Source: Candidatus Bathyarchaeia archaeon (GTDB taxonomy: Archaea; Thermoproteota; Bathyarchaeia; Bathyarchaeales; Bathycorpusculaceae). Taken from it: a DNA stretch of 45,723 bases. Numbering within the stretch: position 1 is the first letter of the stretch; each line of letters begins with the position of its first letter. Of the stretch, positions 1 through 8,533 are shown piece by piece. The position numbers were made by a program, and so were the translations under genes. The stretch lies in the NCBI GenBank assembly GCA_049970895.1, contig JBMFMB010000013.1:1-45723 (forward strand). Direction: 5' to 3'. The notes under the pieces were generated by a model, which saw only the letters and a list, made by a program, of their open reading frames with translations, was not told the origin of the DNA and made no database searches.

Positions 1-84
1 GAGGCGAAACAGCTTGTAGAGGCGGGGTTTGACTATGTTTGCACATCCCCGGATGGCGTCATGCTTTTTAGGAAACGCAAGTGA
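1..84 (+). mobile_element. 3' end of probable tyrosine recombinase/integrase (truncated by window edge)
   Basis: Frame 1 reads EAKQLVEAGFDYVCTSPDGVMLFRKRK*, resembling the C-terminal tail I recall for Bathyarchaeia site-specific integrases. It stops 23 bp from a tRNA 3' end. Catalytic residues are outside the window. Confidence 0.6.
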
Positions 85-107
85 CGCGGGTAGGGTTCAT
101 CCTGAAA

Positions 108-182
108 CGGGCGGGGTGGGATTTGAACCCACGATCACAAGCTTAGGAGGCTTGCGCCCTATCCTTGCTAGGCTACCCGCCC
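108..182 (-). tRNA. tRNA-Arg(CCT), no intron, CCA not encoded
   Basis: Reverse complement: acceptor stem GGGCGGG/CCCGCCC, anticodon arm CAAGC-CT-CCT-AA-GCTTG, T-arm GTGGGTTCAAATCCCAC. Confidence 0.96.
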
Positions 183-272
183 AAGACAAAAGTAAACAAA
201 ATTTCAACTTAAATATTCCGTAAGAGAAAACTTAAACCAAAGCTAGAACATGAAAGTATTTGGACTGTTTGG

Positions 273-393
273 GCGGGGGTACCCGAGCCAGGTCTAAATA
301 GGCTGTTGGGGCTGGACCAGCCTAAGATATGGGGGAGGACTTAAGATCCTCTGGCGTAGGCCTTCGTGGGTTCAAATCCCACCCCCCGCACCA
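273..393 (+). tRNA. tRNA-Leu(TAA) with 33-nt D-arm intron (298-330), CCA encoded
   Basis: Acceptor stem GCGGGGG/CCCCCGC, anticodon arm GAGGA-CT-TAA-GA-TCCTC, long variable arm. BHB: GTCT/AGAT helix, AAA and ATG bulges, TAGGCTG/CAGCCTA intron stem. Confidence 0.93.
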
Positions 394-439
394 ATAATCC
401 TACCAGGCTCTAAGCAAAGACAACAGCGTTGGTTTAAGA

Positions 440-757
440 ATGGATGAGGCAACTAGGCGTATAGCCAGACAGCGAATTCAAACCCTTTTCACCTTGGCTA
501 GGGAAACCTACCATGATGATCCGCTTCTGGCTCAGCGCTATGTTGATATTGCCCGCAGAATAGCAATGGCGGCTAAAATTCGCCTACCAACAGAGTATAG
601 GCGCATGGTTTGTCGCCACTGCAAAAGCTTTATTTTGCCCGGTGTTAGTTGTCGTGTCCGCATAAAACAGCGGAGAGAGCCCCACGTGGTCATAACGTGT
701 CTAAAATGTGGGAGGCACATGCGCATACCCTTAAAAAGGAAGAAGAAGGATGAGTAG
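440..757 (+). CDS. rnp4: Ribonuclease P protein component 4 (Rpp21)
   Basis: A-R-I--LF helix, LAQRYV, CRHC...CLKC zinc ribbon; canonical position upstream of yhbY-rps19e. Confidence 0.93.
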   Translation: MDEATRRIARQRIQTLFTLARETYHDDPLLAQRYVDIARRIAMAAKIRLPTEYRRMVCRHCKSFILPGVSCRVRIKQRREPHVVITCLKCGRHMRIPLKRKKKDE

Positions 758-1043
758 ACTCACCCCTAGAATGAAACGTCGAATAAAAAGCGAGTTCGGC
801 GAAGAAAAACCCACCATTTGGATTGGGAAAAAGCAGATTTCCAACGAACTCGTAAAAGAGATTGAGAAGCAACTTGAGAAAAGGGAAATCGTTAAAGTCA
901 AAATTTTAAAAAGCGCCCTACAAGAGGCAAAAGTCAACGAAATAGCCACAGCAATTTCTAAGCGGATAGAAGCCGACCTGGTGGAGGTTAGTGGACACAC
1001 ATTCATCCTTTACAAACGACGAAGAAAAGCACTAGAAAAGTGA
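750..1043 (+). CDS. YhbY/CRM-domain RNA-binding protein
   Basis: KPTIWIGK, EIVKVKIL, GHTFILYK; synteny. Confidence 0.9.
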   Translation: MSRLTPRMKRRIKSEFGEEKPTIWIGKKQISNELVKEIEKQLEKREIVKVKILKSALQEAKVNEIATAISKRIEADLVEVSGHTFILYKRRRKALEK

Positions 1044-1101
1044 AAGCCTTTATATTGGGCTTAGCGAATTACTGAAGGAAACAACCTGGGGAAAACTGGA
1101 A

Positions 1102-1569
1102 TTGCCAACACCAAACGATGTACCAGCACCAGAATTCATCCAAAAACTAGCCAATTATTTAAAGGAAAATGTTGACGAGATAACACCTCCAGCATGGGCG
1201 AGCATAGTTAAAACGGGTGCCCACACGCAGAGACCGCCGGATAATCCGGATTGGTGGTATGTTAGATGCGCCTCGCTGTTGCGGAAAATATACATTCATG
1301 GACCTATAGGGATAGAGAGGCTTCGCGTAGAATACGGTGGTAGAAAGGACTTCGGTGTCAGACCAGAACACGCCGTAAAGGCTGGCGGCGCAATTATAAG
1401 AAAGGCTTTGCAGCAGCTTGAAGATGCTGGGCTTGTGGAAAAGTTCCAGAATAAGGGGAGACGGATAACAAAGGAGGGGAGAAAGCTTCTGGAGGAAATA
1501 GCTGAAGAGGTAAAGAAGGACTTGTTGAAGGAAATCCCAGAACTAGAAAAATACCAGAAGAGTGAGTAA
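1102..1569 (+). CDS. rps19e: 30S ribosomal protein S19e
   Basis: [30 protein letters not shown]; TTG start. Confidence 0.97.
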   Translation: MPTPNDVPAPEFIQKLANYLKENVDEITPPAWASIVKTGAHTQRPPDNPDWWYVRCASLLRKIYIHGPIGIERLRVEYGGRKDFGVRPEHAVKAGGAIIRKALQQLEDAGLVEKFQNKGRRITKEGRKLLEEIAEEVKKDLLKEIPELEKYQKSE

Positions 1570-1570
1570 G

Positions 1571-1903
1571 ATGTCGGATGAAGAAGAGCTTGAGGAACTC
1601 CGCCAGAAAAAACTTTTGGCACTGCAAAGGAGGATAGCCGAAGAACAACGAAGAGCCCAAATGGAACAACAGCTCGAAATGCAAAAACAAGCCATTTTAA
1701 AAACCATCCTAACACCAGAAGCGAGGCAAAGGCTGGCAAACCTAAAACTTGTTAAGCCAGAATTTACGGCTCAGCTAGAGCTTCAGCTAATCCAGCTAGC
1801 CCAGATGGGAAAGCTGCCAGTGCCCCTAACCGACGAGCAGCTTAAACAAATACTAATTCAACTTCAAACCCAAAAGCGGGAAATAAAGATAAGAAGGGTT
1901 TAA
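1571..1903 (+). CDS. PDCD5-family DNA-binding protein
   Basis: [29 protein letters not shown]. Confidence 0.92.
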   Translation: MSDEEELEELRQKKLLALQRRIAEEQRRAQMEQQLEMQKQAILKTILTPEARQRLANLKLVKPEFTAQLELQLIQLAQMGKLPVPLTDEQLKQILIQLQTQKREIKIRRV

Positions 1904-1904
1904 T

Positions 1905-2060
1905 ATGGCTAGATTCAAGCCTCCAGCCAAAAAGAGGAGACTGGCAAAAGCTGGAAAACAGAAAAAGGCTGTTCCAACATGGGTTATAGCCAAAACAGCC
2001 GGAAAATTTAGAACTCATCCAAAAAGGAGACACTGGAGAACCAGAAAGATAAAGGCGTAA
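1905..2060 (+). CDS. rpl39e: 50S ribosomal protein L39e (missing from ORF track)
   Basis: Manual translation [51 protein letters not shown] (51 aa), with the RRHWR motif. Confidence 0.96.
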   Translation: MARFKPPAKKRRLAKAGKQKKAVPTWVIAKTAGKFRTHPKRRHWRTRKIKA

Positions 2061-2072
2061 TGGTGAAGTGGC

Positions 2073-2597
2073 ATGAAGACGGAAGAAGCAGAAGAAAGGG
2101 CTGGCGAAGAAGAAACCGCCGAAGAAAAAGCTGAAAAGAAAGAAGAAATCGAAGAAGCAGCAGAAGAAAAGATTACAGAGGAACCTTTAGAGGAAAAGCC
2201 TGAAGAGGCCGAGGCTGAAAAGCCGTCAGAGGAGGAGGTCGCTGAAGAGATAAAGGAAGAGGAGGTTAAGCCGCCGAAAGTGGAGGTTGAGGAGGAAATT
2301 GTTGAGGAAAGGTTTTACACTATTCCGCTTGGTAGGGCTTGGCTTGTGCCCCCGAACAAGAGGGCGCCCAAAGCCATTAGGATAATACGAGATTTTATTA
2401 AAAGGCACATGAAACTTGAAGCCAGAAAAGAAGGTGAAGAAGAGGAAGAAGCCGAGCCTAAAAGGCTTATTATAAGTAATGAGGTGAATGAGAGGGTTTG
2501 GAGCAGAGGCATAGAAAAGCCTCCGCGGAAAATACGTGTTAGAGCCGCCAAAGACAAGGATGGAAACGTTACTGTTTATTTGGCTGAAGGAGACTGA
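2073..2597 (+). CDS. rpl31e: 50S ribosomal protein L31e with long acidic N-terminal extension
   Basis: ERFYTIPL, RAPKAIRIIRDF, NERVWSRGIEKPPRKIRV. Confidence 0.94.
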   Translation: MKTEEAEERAGEEETAEEKAEKKEEIEEAAEEKITEEPLEEKPEEAEAEKPSEEEVAEEIKEEEVKPPKVEVEEEIVEERFYTIPLGRAWLVPPNKRAPKAIRIIRDFIKRHMKLEARKEGEEEEEAEPKRLIISNEVNERVWSRGIEKPPRKIRVRAAKDKDGNVTVYLAEGD

Positions 2598-2599
2598 GC

Positions 2600-3280
2600 T
2601 TGGCAATTTACCTAACAAGCCTTTTTGGAAGCGCCAGCATAGGGGTATATTCACTAGCCACCGAGAAAATGCTCATAATCCCAAAATTTGTCCCCCTCAA
2701 AAAGGCTGAGAGGATTGGAAACTGGCTTAAAGTCAAACTTGTACACACCAACATAGGTGGCTCAATACTGGTAGGCGCCCTAGCATGTGCTAACTCGAAT
2801 GGGATTTTGTTGCCCCACTTTGTAAGAGACGAAGAAATTGAAGCGATAAAGGCTGTATTTGACGGAAACATAACTGTGATGGAAACCAAGAAGACGGCAT
2901 ATGGAAACATGGTTTTGGCAAACGATTACGGCGCAATCGTAGACCCGAGGCTTAAGTTATCTGAGATTAGGAAAATTTCTGACACCCTCGGTGTTGAAGC
3001 CGTTCCAGGGGAAATAGCCCAGCTCCCCTATGTAGGCTCTTTGGCAGTTGCAACCAACAAGGGGGTACTTGCCCACCCACTCCTAAAAGAAGATGAGCGT
3101 AAACTTCTGCAAGACGTTCTTAAAGTGCCTGTGGATGTTGGCACAATTAACTGTGGTATACCATATGTGGGCACTGGACTTATAGGCAATAGTCACGCTG
3201 CTGTTGCTGGTTCGCTAACAACTGGTCCAGAAATGTTTATAATTGGACATGCCTTGGGTGTAGTAAAGGAAGATGAGTGA
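2600..3280 (+). CDS. eif6: Translation initiation factor 6 (aIF-6)
   Basis: GALACANSNG, GTINCGIPYVGTGL, TTGPE; synteny. Confidence 0.95.
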   Translation: MAIYLTSLFGSASIGVYSLATEKMLIIPKFVPLKKAERIGNWLKVKLVHTNIGGSILVGALACANSNGILLPHFVRDEEIEAIKAVFDGNITVMETKKTAYGNMVLANDYGAIVDPRLKLSEIRKISDTLGVEAVPGEIAQLPYVGSLAVATNKGVLAHPLLKEDERKLLQDVLKVPVDVGTINCGIPYVGTGLIGNSHAAVAGSLTTGPEMFIIGHALGVVKEDE

Positions 3281-3530
3281 AGTGAAAGTTTTCAGAGTTA
3301 TCGGAGAAATCAGAAAACCAAACCTTAAAACCCACTTTAGAAAGGAGGTCATAGCAGTTAAGCCAGAACATGCCATAGAGAAAGTCTACACAGAACTGGG
3401 CAGCAAACACCGCGTTAAACGCTTCCACATAAAAATAACCAGCGTTGACGAAATCTCGCCGCAGGAAATTGAGGACCCGCTGATAAGAAAAATGGTTGCA
3501 GGGGAAGAGGGATTTGGCAGCAAAAGCTGA
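3273..3530 (+). CDS. rpl18a: 50S ribosomal protein LX/L18Ae (eL20)
   Basis: KVFRVIG, AIEKVYTELGSKHRVKR. Confidence 0.94.
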   Translation: MSEVKVFRVIGEIRKPNLKTHFRKEVIAVKPEHAIEKVYTELGSKHRVKRFHIKITSVDEISPQEIEDPLIRKMVAGEEGFGSKS

Positions 3531-3960
3531 AGAGGAGCTTAGAAGGTTAAGCGTCGAAATGCGCATTCTGGAGCAGACAGCAGAAGCCCTACAATCTCGA
3601 ATAAGCATGATAAACGCCGTAATAACAGACCTAACCTACGCAAACATGACGCTGGAAGGTTTGGAAAAACAGAAGGAAAACGTGGAACTCCTTGTTCCAA
3701 TAGGGGGAAACTCCTATATAAAAGCGAGACTTGAAGCCCCAGACAAGGTGACCGTCGGAATCGGGGCAGGAGTCTCTATTGAGAAAACATTGCAGGAAGC
3801 TAAGGAAATCATTAGAAAAAGGCTTGAAGACCTAGAGAAGAGCAGGGCGTCCCTCCAACAGCAGTTTTCACAAGTTATTGACAGAATTAATGAGGATAGG
3901 GAACGCTTTGAGGAGTTGGCAGCCCAATTAAGAAAGGAGTCACTACAAAGGAATGTTTGA
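3514..3960 (+). CDS. pfdA: Prefoldin subunit alpha
   Basis: Coiled coils flanking LLVPIGGNSYIKA...VTVGIGAGVSIEK; probable TTG start at 3514. Confidence 0.93.
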   Translation: MAAKAEEELRRLSVEMRILEQTAEALQSRISMINAVITDLTYANMTLEGLEKQKENVELLVPIGGNSYIKARLEAPDKVTVGIGAGVSIEKTLQEAKEIIRKRLEDLEKSRASLQQQFSQVIDRINEDRERFEELAAQLRKESLQRNV

Positions 3961-4858
3961 GAAGCTTAAGTCAGGCTTAAGCAACCTCGTAAGCAAGATC
4001 ACGACAACGGAACTTAAACCAGAAAACCTCCGCCCAATCCTTTCAGATTTTAAGCTAAACCTAATAGAAAATGACGTTGCAGTCCCAGTTGCTGAACGAA
4101 TATGCGAAGAGATGGAAAAACGCCTAAACGGGGTCCAAGTAAAAAGGTTAGAGGATAAAAAGAAGATTGTGGAGCAACACCTCCGCGAAGTGTTATTGGA
4201 GGTTATGCGAACAAACAGCGAAATAGATTTGTTTAGGGCTATTGAGGAGAAAAGAAGAAGGAAGGAACCCTTTGTCATAGTTTTTGTTGGGATAAATGGC
4301 ACTGGGAAAACAACAACAATAGCAAAAGTTGCAAAACTCTTGAACGATAAAGGTTATACTGTTGTGCTGGCTTGCAGCGACACCTACCGGGCAGGCTCAA
4401 TTGAACAGTTGGAAACCCATGCAAAGCGTTTGGGCATAAAAATGATAAAGCATAAGTATGGTGCAGACCCAGCAGCCGTAGCCTACGACGCAATAAACCA
4501 TGCAAAGGCCCATGGAATACACGCTGTCTTGATTGATACGGCTGGTAGGATGCAGACAAACCGCAACCTAATGAGCGAACTTGCAAAAATCAAGCGTGTT
4601 GTAAACCCAGACCTAACCATTTTAACGGTTGACTCCTTAACAGGCAATGATGCGGTAATGCAGGCAGAAGAATTCCACAAAAGTGTTGGCATAGACGCAA
4701 CAATACTGACGAAAGTGGATGCTGACATTAAAGGCGGCTCAGCCTTAAGCGTAACATATGTAACGCAAAAACCCATATTGTTTGCTGGAACTGGGCAAAA
4801 GTATGACGATTTAGAGGAGTTTCAGCCTGAAAAATTTGTGGACATGATACTGAAATAA
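3953..4858 (+). CDS. ftsY: SRP receptor FtsY
   Basis: GINGTGKTTT, DTYRAG, DTAGR, TKVD GTPase motifs. Confidence 0.96.
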   Translation: MFEKLKSGLSNLVSKITTTELKPENLRPILSDFKLNLIENDVAVPVAERICEEMEKRLNGVQVKRLEDKKKIVEQHLREVLLEVMRTNSEIDLFRAIEEKRRRKEPFVIVFVGINGTGKTTTIAKVAKLLNDKGYTVVLACSDTYRAGSIEQLETHAKRLGIKMIKHKYGADPAAVAYDAINHAKAHGIHAVLIDTAGRMQTNRNLMSELAKIKRVVNPDLTILTVDSLTGNDAVMQAEEFHKSVGIDATILTKVDADIKGGSALSVTYVTQKPILFAGTGQKYDDLEEFQPEKFVDMILK

Positions 4859-4865
4859 GCCATTA

Positions 4866-5426
4866 TCACTGCTTATGCTTGTCTACTGTCAAACGCAACC
4901 TCTTGAAAATTTCTTCAAAACCTAATTTTTTAAACAGTTTCAAGGATGGAACGTTATTGGAGTAAACGTCAGCTTCTACACATTCCACGCCCTTATCTAT
5001 GAACCATTCAAGCATAGCCTTTACCAACGCCTTGCCAATGCCACGTCTTCTATAAGGTTTTTCGACGAAGCAGTCGCATATGTAGCCTCTCTTACCCTTA
5101 TAAGCCCATGGCTGACTGACCCAACCGAGCGAGTAGCCCACAATTTTACCTTCAACTTCGGCAACAAAAACCACAGTGTTCTCACCCTTTATGTTTTTGA
5201 GAATCCATCTTGGGCTTTGGAACTCGCTGGGCAAAGGCGAAATCATAGAGTCCATAGCGCTCTCGTCCCTTCCAAGCTTCTTCGAAAGCCTAACAATCTC
5301 CTCTAAATCCTTTTCATTTGCATGGCGAATCTTCACATTAACAAGAGCAGTGTCTGACTGTTTCGCTTTAATAGGCGACACAAAACTCACTTCCAAACTT
5401 AGGCTAATGCTGCACATCACCAACAT
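4866..5426 (-). CDS. GNAT-family N-acetyltransferase (true start may be internal)
   Basis: FVEKPYRRRGIGKAL acetyl-CoA motif, N--S--LFKKLGF. Confidence 0.88.
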   Translation of the reverse strand: MLVMCSISLSLEVSFVSPIKAKQSDTALVNVKIRHANEKDLEEIVRLSKKLGRDESAMDSMISPLPSEFQSPRWILKNIKGENTVVFVAEVEGKIVGYSLGWVSQPWAYKGKRGYICDCFVEKPYRRRGIGKALVKAMLEWFIDKGVECVEADVYSNNVPSLKLFKKLGFEEIFKRLRLTVDKHKQ

Positions 5427-5443
5427 TTAATTTCTTAAGAATT

Positions 5444-6475
5444 TCATGAGAGTTCTGGATGAGTTAAATCCTCGTCGGGGTCGATAAACTTTATCCGCAA
5501 TTTTCTGTCTGCACTGACTAGCAGTTTTGCTGTGCCAAGCACTTCAAATCTGAAGAGGGTTGATTTATACCAGTTGATTCCAGGGTTTTTGCCCACTTTA
5601 AAGCCTAGATTATAGGCGAATTCCTCGTAGTCCGCGGTGTCATAATTCATCGGATAGGCAGAGAAGCCTTGAATAACATCTGTGATGACACAGTTCATGT
5701 TAGCAAGCAGTTTCTGAACAGCCAACCACTTCTTCAGCGAAGCCTCGTAATGGGTTAAGCCAAAATATCCAACACCGTTCTCTTTAAGGCATGAAACGCC
5801 CCTAACGATGAAAGCCTTTAAGCCAGAAACAGTTTCAAGCGGCTCCGAGGAAAACACATCGAACTTCCCTCGAAGCTCCCTAGGCAATGGCTCAGCCACA
5901 TTGTATTGGAAAAACTCTATGTTAAAACCATAATCCTTGCTAACTGTTACTAGGAAATCGCCCAGCCGCCTATCAATGTCCAGAACTGTTATGCGGGAGG
6001 GCAAACCAGTTAGGGCTAGGGCAACACTCAACAAGTCGTCGTCGCCGATCAGAACGATGTTTTTTCCATCCAAGTCCCCATAATAATGCATTAAGGCTGC
6101 CCGCGCAACCACATCCCGCTCAAGCATATAACCCTGGAAAAAGTCTGGGGATGGACTTGGTCTTTTTTCGGCAATCCGTTTAAACTCTTCAAGAATTTCT
6201 TTAAACTTCGCTTCCGGAATTATTCGCTTGCCAAGACATGATGGGCAGATTTTCCCTTCAAAATCTAGGCTTCTTGGGTTAATTTTTTCTTTGCCCTTCT
6301 CAGTTATGTGGAAGCCGCTCTCATCAGAAGTTATAAGCCCCTCTTCATCAAGCCTTTTAAGGGCAACTACAAAATCTTTTAATGGACTGTTGATTTTATC
6401 AAGAAGCTCCCAGAAAGTTTTCCTCGAGGTGGCAAGTTCACGGAGTATTTTGGCTTTCAACCTTTCCAAGGACAT
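5444..6475 (-). CDS. bpsA: Branched-chain polyamine synthase (N4-bis(aminopropyl)spermidine synthase)
   Basis: N-terminal HTH, CPSC, GDDDLLS, VLDIDRRL, SEPLET, GVGYFGLT; overlaps speD. Confidence 0.88.
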   Translation of the reverse strand: MSLERLKAKILRELATSRKTFWELLDKINSPLKDFVVALKRLDEEGLITSDESGFHITEKGKEKINPRSLDFEGKICPSCLGKRIIPEAKFKEILEEFKRIAEKRPSPSPDFFQGYMLERDVVARAALMHYYGDLDGKNIVLIGDDDLLSVALALTGLPSRITVLDIDRRLGDFLVTVSKDYGFNIEFFQYNVAEPLPRELRGKFDVFSSEPLETVSGLKAFIVRGVSCLKENGVGYFGLTHYEASLKKWLAVQKLLANMNCVITDVIQGFSAYPMNYDTADYEEFAYNLGFKVGKNPGINWYKSTLFRFEVLGTAKLLVSADRKLRIKFIDPDEDLTHPELS

Positions 6476-6803
6476 CCCTCCTTATAACACGCTTCTCGAC
6501 GCTTTTAGGCTGAAACTCCTCCACCAGCAAATCAAAAGCCTTCAAGGCTGGACCATCATCCCCACATGTGAAAATGTCTAAAGCCATATAGCCATACTCC
6601 GGCCATGTGTGAACACTCAAGTGCGACTCGCTTAGAAGGTATATGGCAGAAACCCCGTGAGGCTCAAACTGGTGAAAACTTGAAGAAACAACATGCAAAC
6701 CAGATTTAGCAACTACCCTATCCAAAACCACCCGCAGATCTTCCACTCTTGAAATTTTCCGGGGATCCACACCCCGAAATTCGGCGATAATGTGGATGCC
6801 CAT
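6438..6803 (-). CDS. speD: S-adenosylmethionine decarboxylase proenzyme
   Basis: HQFEPHGVS, ESHLSVHTWPE pyruvoyl cleavage site, DIFTCG. Confidence 0.9.
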   Translation of the reverse strand: MGIHIIAEFRGVDPRKISRVEDLRVVLDRVVAKSGLHVVSSSFHQFEPHGVSAIYLLSESHLSVHTWPEYGYMALDIFTCGDDGPALKAFDLLVEEFQPKSVEKRVIRRDVLGKVESQNTP

Positions 6804-7007
6804 ATCGAACACCCAACATTATCGTCGAACTTCGGAAGCATGTCCCACATACTATTTGAGGCGAACTACGCATACGTTTTCTGTCCTCTGAATTTTCCCG
6901 AAAAATTTTCCTTTTATAAATTTTTTGCTCCAGCTCCAGAAACTCAACATTAAAGATACATGACTTAGGAATCCGCACCGCTTTGAGCAAAACGGTAAAT
7001 CACGAGG

Positions 7008-7502
7008 TTATCCGGAATCTTCCTCAAATTTAGACATGTATTCCTCAAACTTTTTAAAATCCATTGGAATTAGAACCTCCCTCTTCAACAACTCACAAGG
7101 CCGCTGCTTGCATTCATCACAGTATCTAATTCCCCTTTTCGCGGCGCAAGCCTTCCTTTTCTCCAACCATTTTTCTTTAGCTTTAAGAAACTTTGAAATG
7201 CCATAATCTTTGACTTGCTTCATGTTGCATAAAACGTCTAAAAACCATGCGCTTGACTCCAATGTTTTCGCCTTGAAAAAATCGAAAAACTTGCATGGGA
7301 AGCTTTCGCAATTCAAGCATATATCAAGGTTTTTGCCGGTAGCACACTTGTAGAATTTGCAGTGTTTCTGGTATTCTATGCTTAAGCCTTTATTGCTTCT
7401 GCAACCTCCACACTCGCCACTGAGGAAGCCGGTACATTCACCACAGTAAAGACCACAAGGAGCAACAAGATTCCAAATGTTTGCTTTCAAATTTTTAGCC
7501 AC
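7008..7502 (-). CDS. DUF3795-like cysteine-rich protein
   Basis: APCGLYCGEC, CGGC, C--C--FPC clusters; probable GTG start at 7502 (the ORF-track start overlaps the neighbouring gene). Confidence 0.75.
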   Translation of the reverse strand: MAKNLKANIWNLVAPCGLYCGECTGFLSGECGGCRSNKGLSIEYQKHCKFYKCATGKNLDICLNCESFPCKFFDFFKAKTLESSAWFLDVLCNMKQVKDYGISKFLKAKEKWLEKRKACAAKRGIRYCDECKQRPCELLKREVLIPMDFKKFEEYMSKFEEDSG

Positions 7503-7518
7503 AATAATTCGCCGTCTC

Positions 7519-8433
7519 CTAGAATTTCCCAAGCAGCTTGAGCAATACAGCCTTCGCCGAGTAGAGGCGGTTCTCGCTTTGCTCATAAATAATCGAGTTT
7601 GGGCTTTCAATAACGTCTTCGCTTATCTCGTAGCCTCTGTGGATTGGCATGTCATGCATAATGTAGGCATTGCTTCCTCGCAGTAATTCCTTATTTATCT
7701 GGTAGGGCATCATAAGTTTGATGCGCTTTTCCTTTTCAGCGGCAAATTTTGGGTCTGTGAAGAATTCCATGTCAACCCATGTGTCGGTATAGACAAAATC
7801 TGCGTCCTTCAAGGCTTCCTTAACGTCCAACGTTGTCTCGTACAGTCCGGTTTTCCTAGCCTCTTCAAGAAGCTCATCATCCCTCGAAGGCTCATTGAAT
7901 ATCGGTGTTACGGTGGTTATCTTCACACCAGTTTTTGTGCAACCCTCAATAAGGGAATTGCAAACGTTATTGTGAACCCCAATGTAGACCAGTTTTAAGC
8001 CCTTCAGTTTGCCCTTCTTCTCCTTCATGGTCATCAAGTCAGCTATTGCCTGACTTGGGTGGTATTTTTCATCGCAACCATTAATCACAGGAACCCGCGA
8101 GGCTTTAGCCATAACTTGCAAGTCAGCGTTTCGCAATAGTCTCGCCATTATGCAGTCAACATTCCGCGACAAGTATTGAGTTTCGTCATATATGTCGGCT
8201 ATTGTAAAGTTTGTTGTCCTCCAATCAATGTAAAGCGCGTGACCCCCAAGCTGGGTCATAGCCACCTCAAAAGAGACACGAGTCCTTGTAGAGGTTTTTT
8301 GGAATATCATGGCTAAGGATTTGCCGTCCAAAGCCTTACGATACTTTTCCGGATTTTGCTTCGCATCAATAGCCTTATCGATGATCTCTAAAAGCTGCTG
8401 ACCAGACATGTTCTTAAAGTTAATTAAGTGCAT
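7519..8433 (-). CDS. argF: Ornithine carbamoyltransferase family enzyme (atypical motifs)
   Basis: STRT, HPSQ and ENR present; DTWVDME and HDMP replace the canonical SMG and HCLP. Confidence 0.8.
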   Translation of the reverse strand: MHLINFKNMSGQQLLEIIDKAIDAKQNPEKYRKALDGKSLAMIFQKTSTRTRVSFEVAMTQLGGHALYIDWRTTNFTIADIYDETQYLSRNVDCIMARLLRNADLQVMAKASRVPVINGCDEKYHPSQAIADLMTMKEKKGKLKGLKLVYIGVHNNVCNSLIEGCTKTGVKITTVTPIFNEPSRDDELLEEARKTGLYETTLDVKEALKDADFVYTDTWVDMEFFTDPKFAAEKEKRIKLMMPYQINKELLRGSNAYIMHDMPIHRGYEISEDVIESPNSIIYEQSENRLYSAKAVLLKLLGKF

Positions 8434-8533
8434 TTTCCATCTTCTCCAGCCAAATTGAACCTAAAGCTTCAACAGTTTCAGGCATTATAAGTTTTATGGA
8501 AACCTTTATCCTTAAACTAGGCACATTGCTATC

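Noticed and set aside
29-223. 64-aa ORF on + strand
   Set aside because: Antisense to tRNA-Arg and out of frame with the integrase-like tail; spurious.
7503-7610. Arg-rich N-terminus of the DUF3795 ORF
   Set aside because: Overlaps the carbamoyltransferase 3' end; GTG 7502 with a purine-rich upstream sequence is more plausible.
4866-8433. Reverse-strand block as a mobile or defence island
   Set aside because: No integrase, transposase, terminal repeats or defence domains; all genes are metabolic or small hypothetical.
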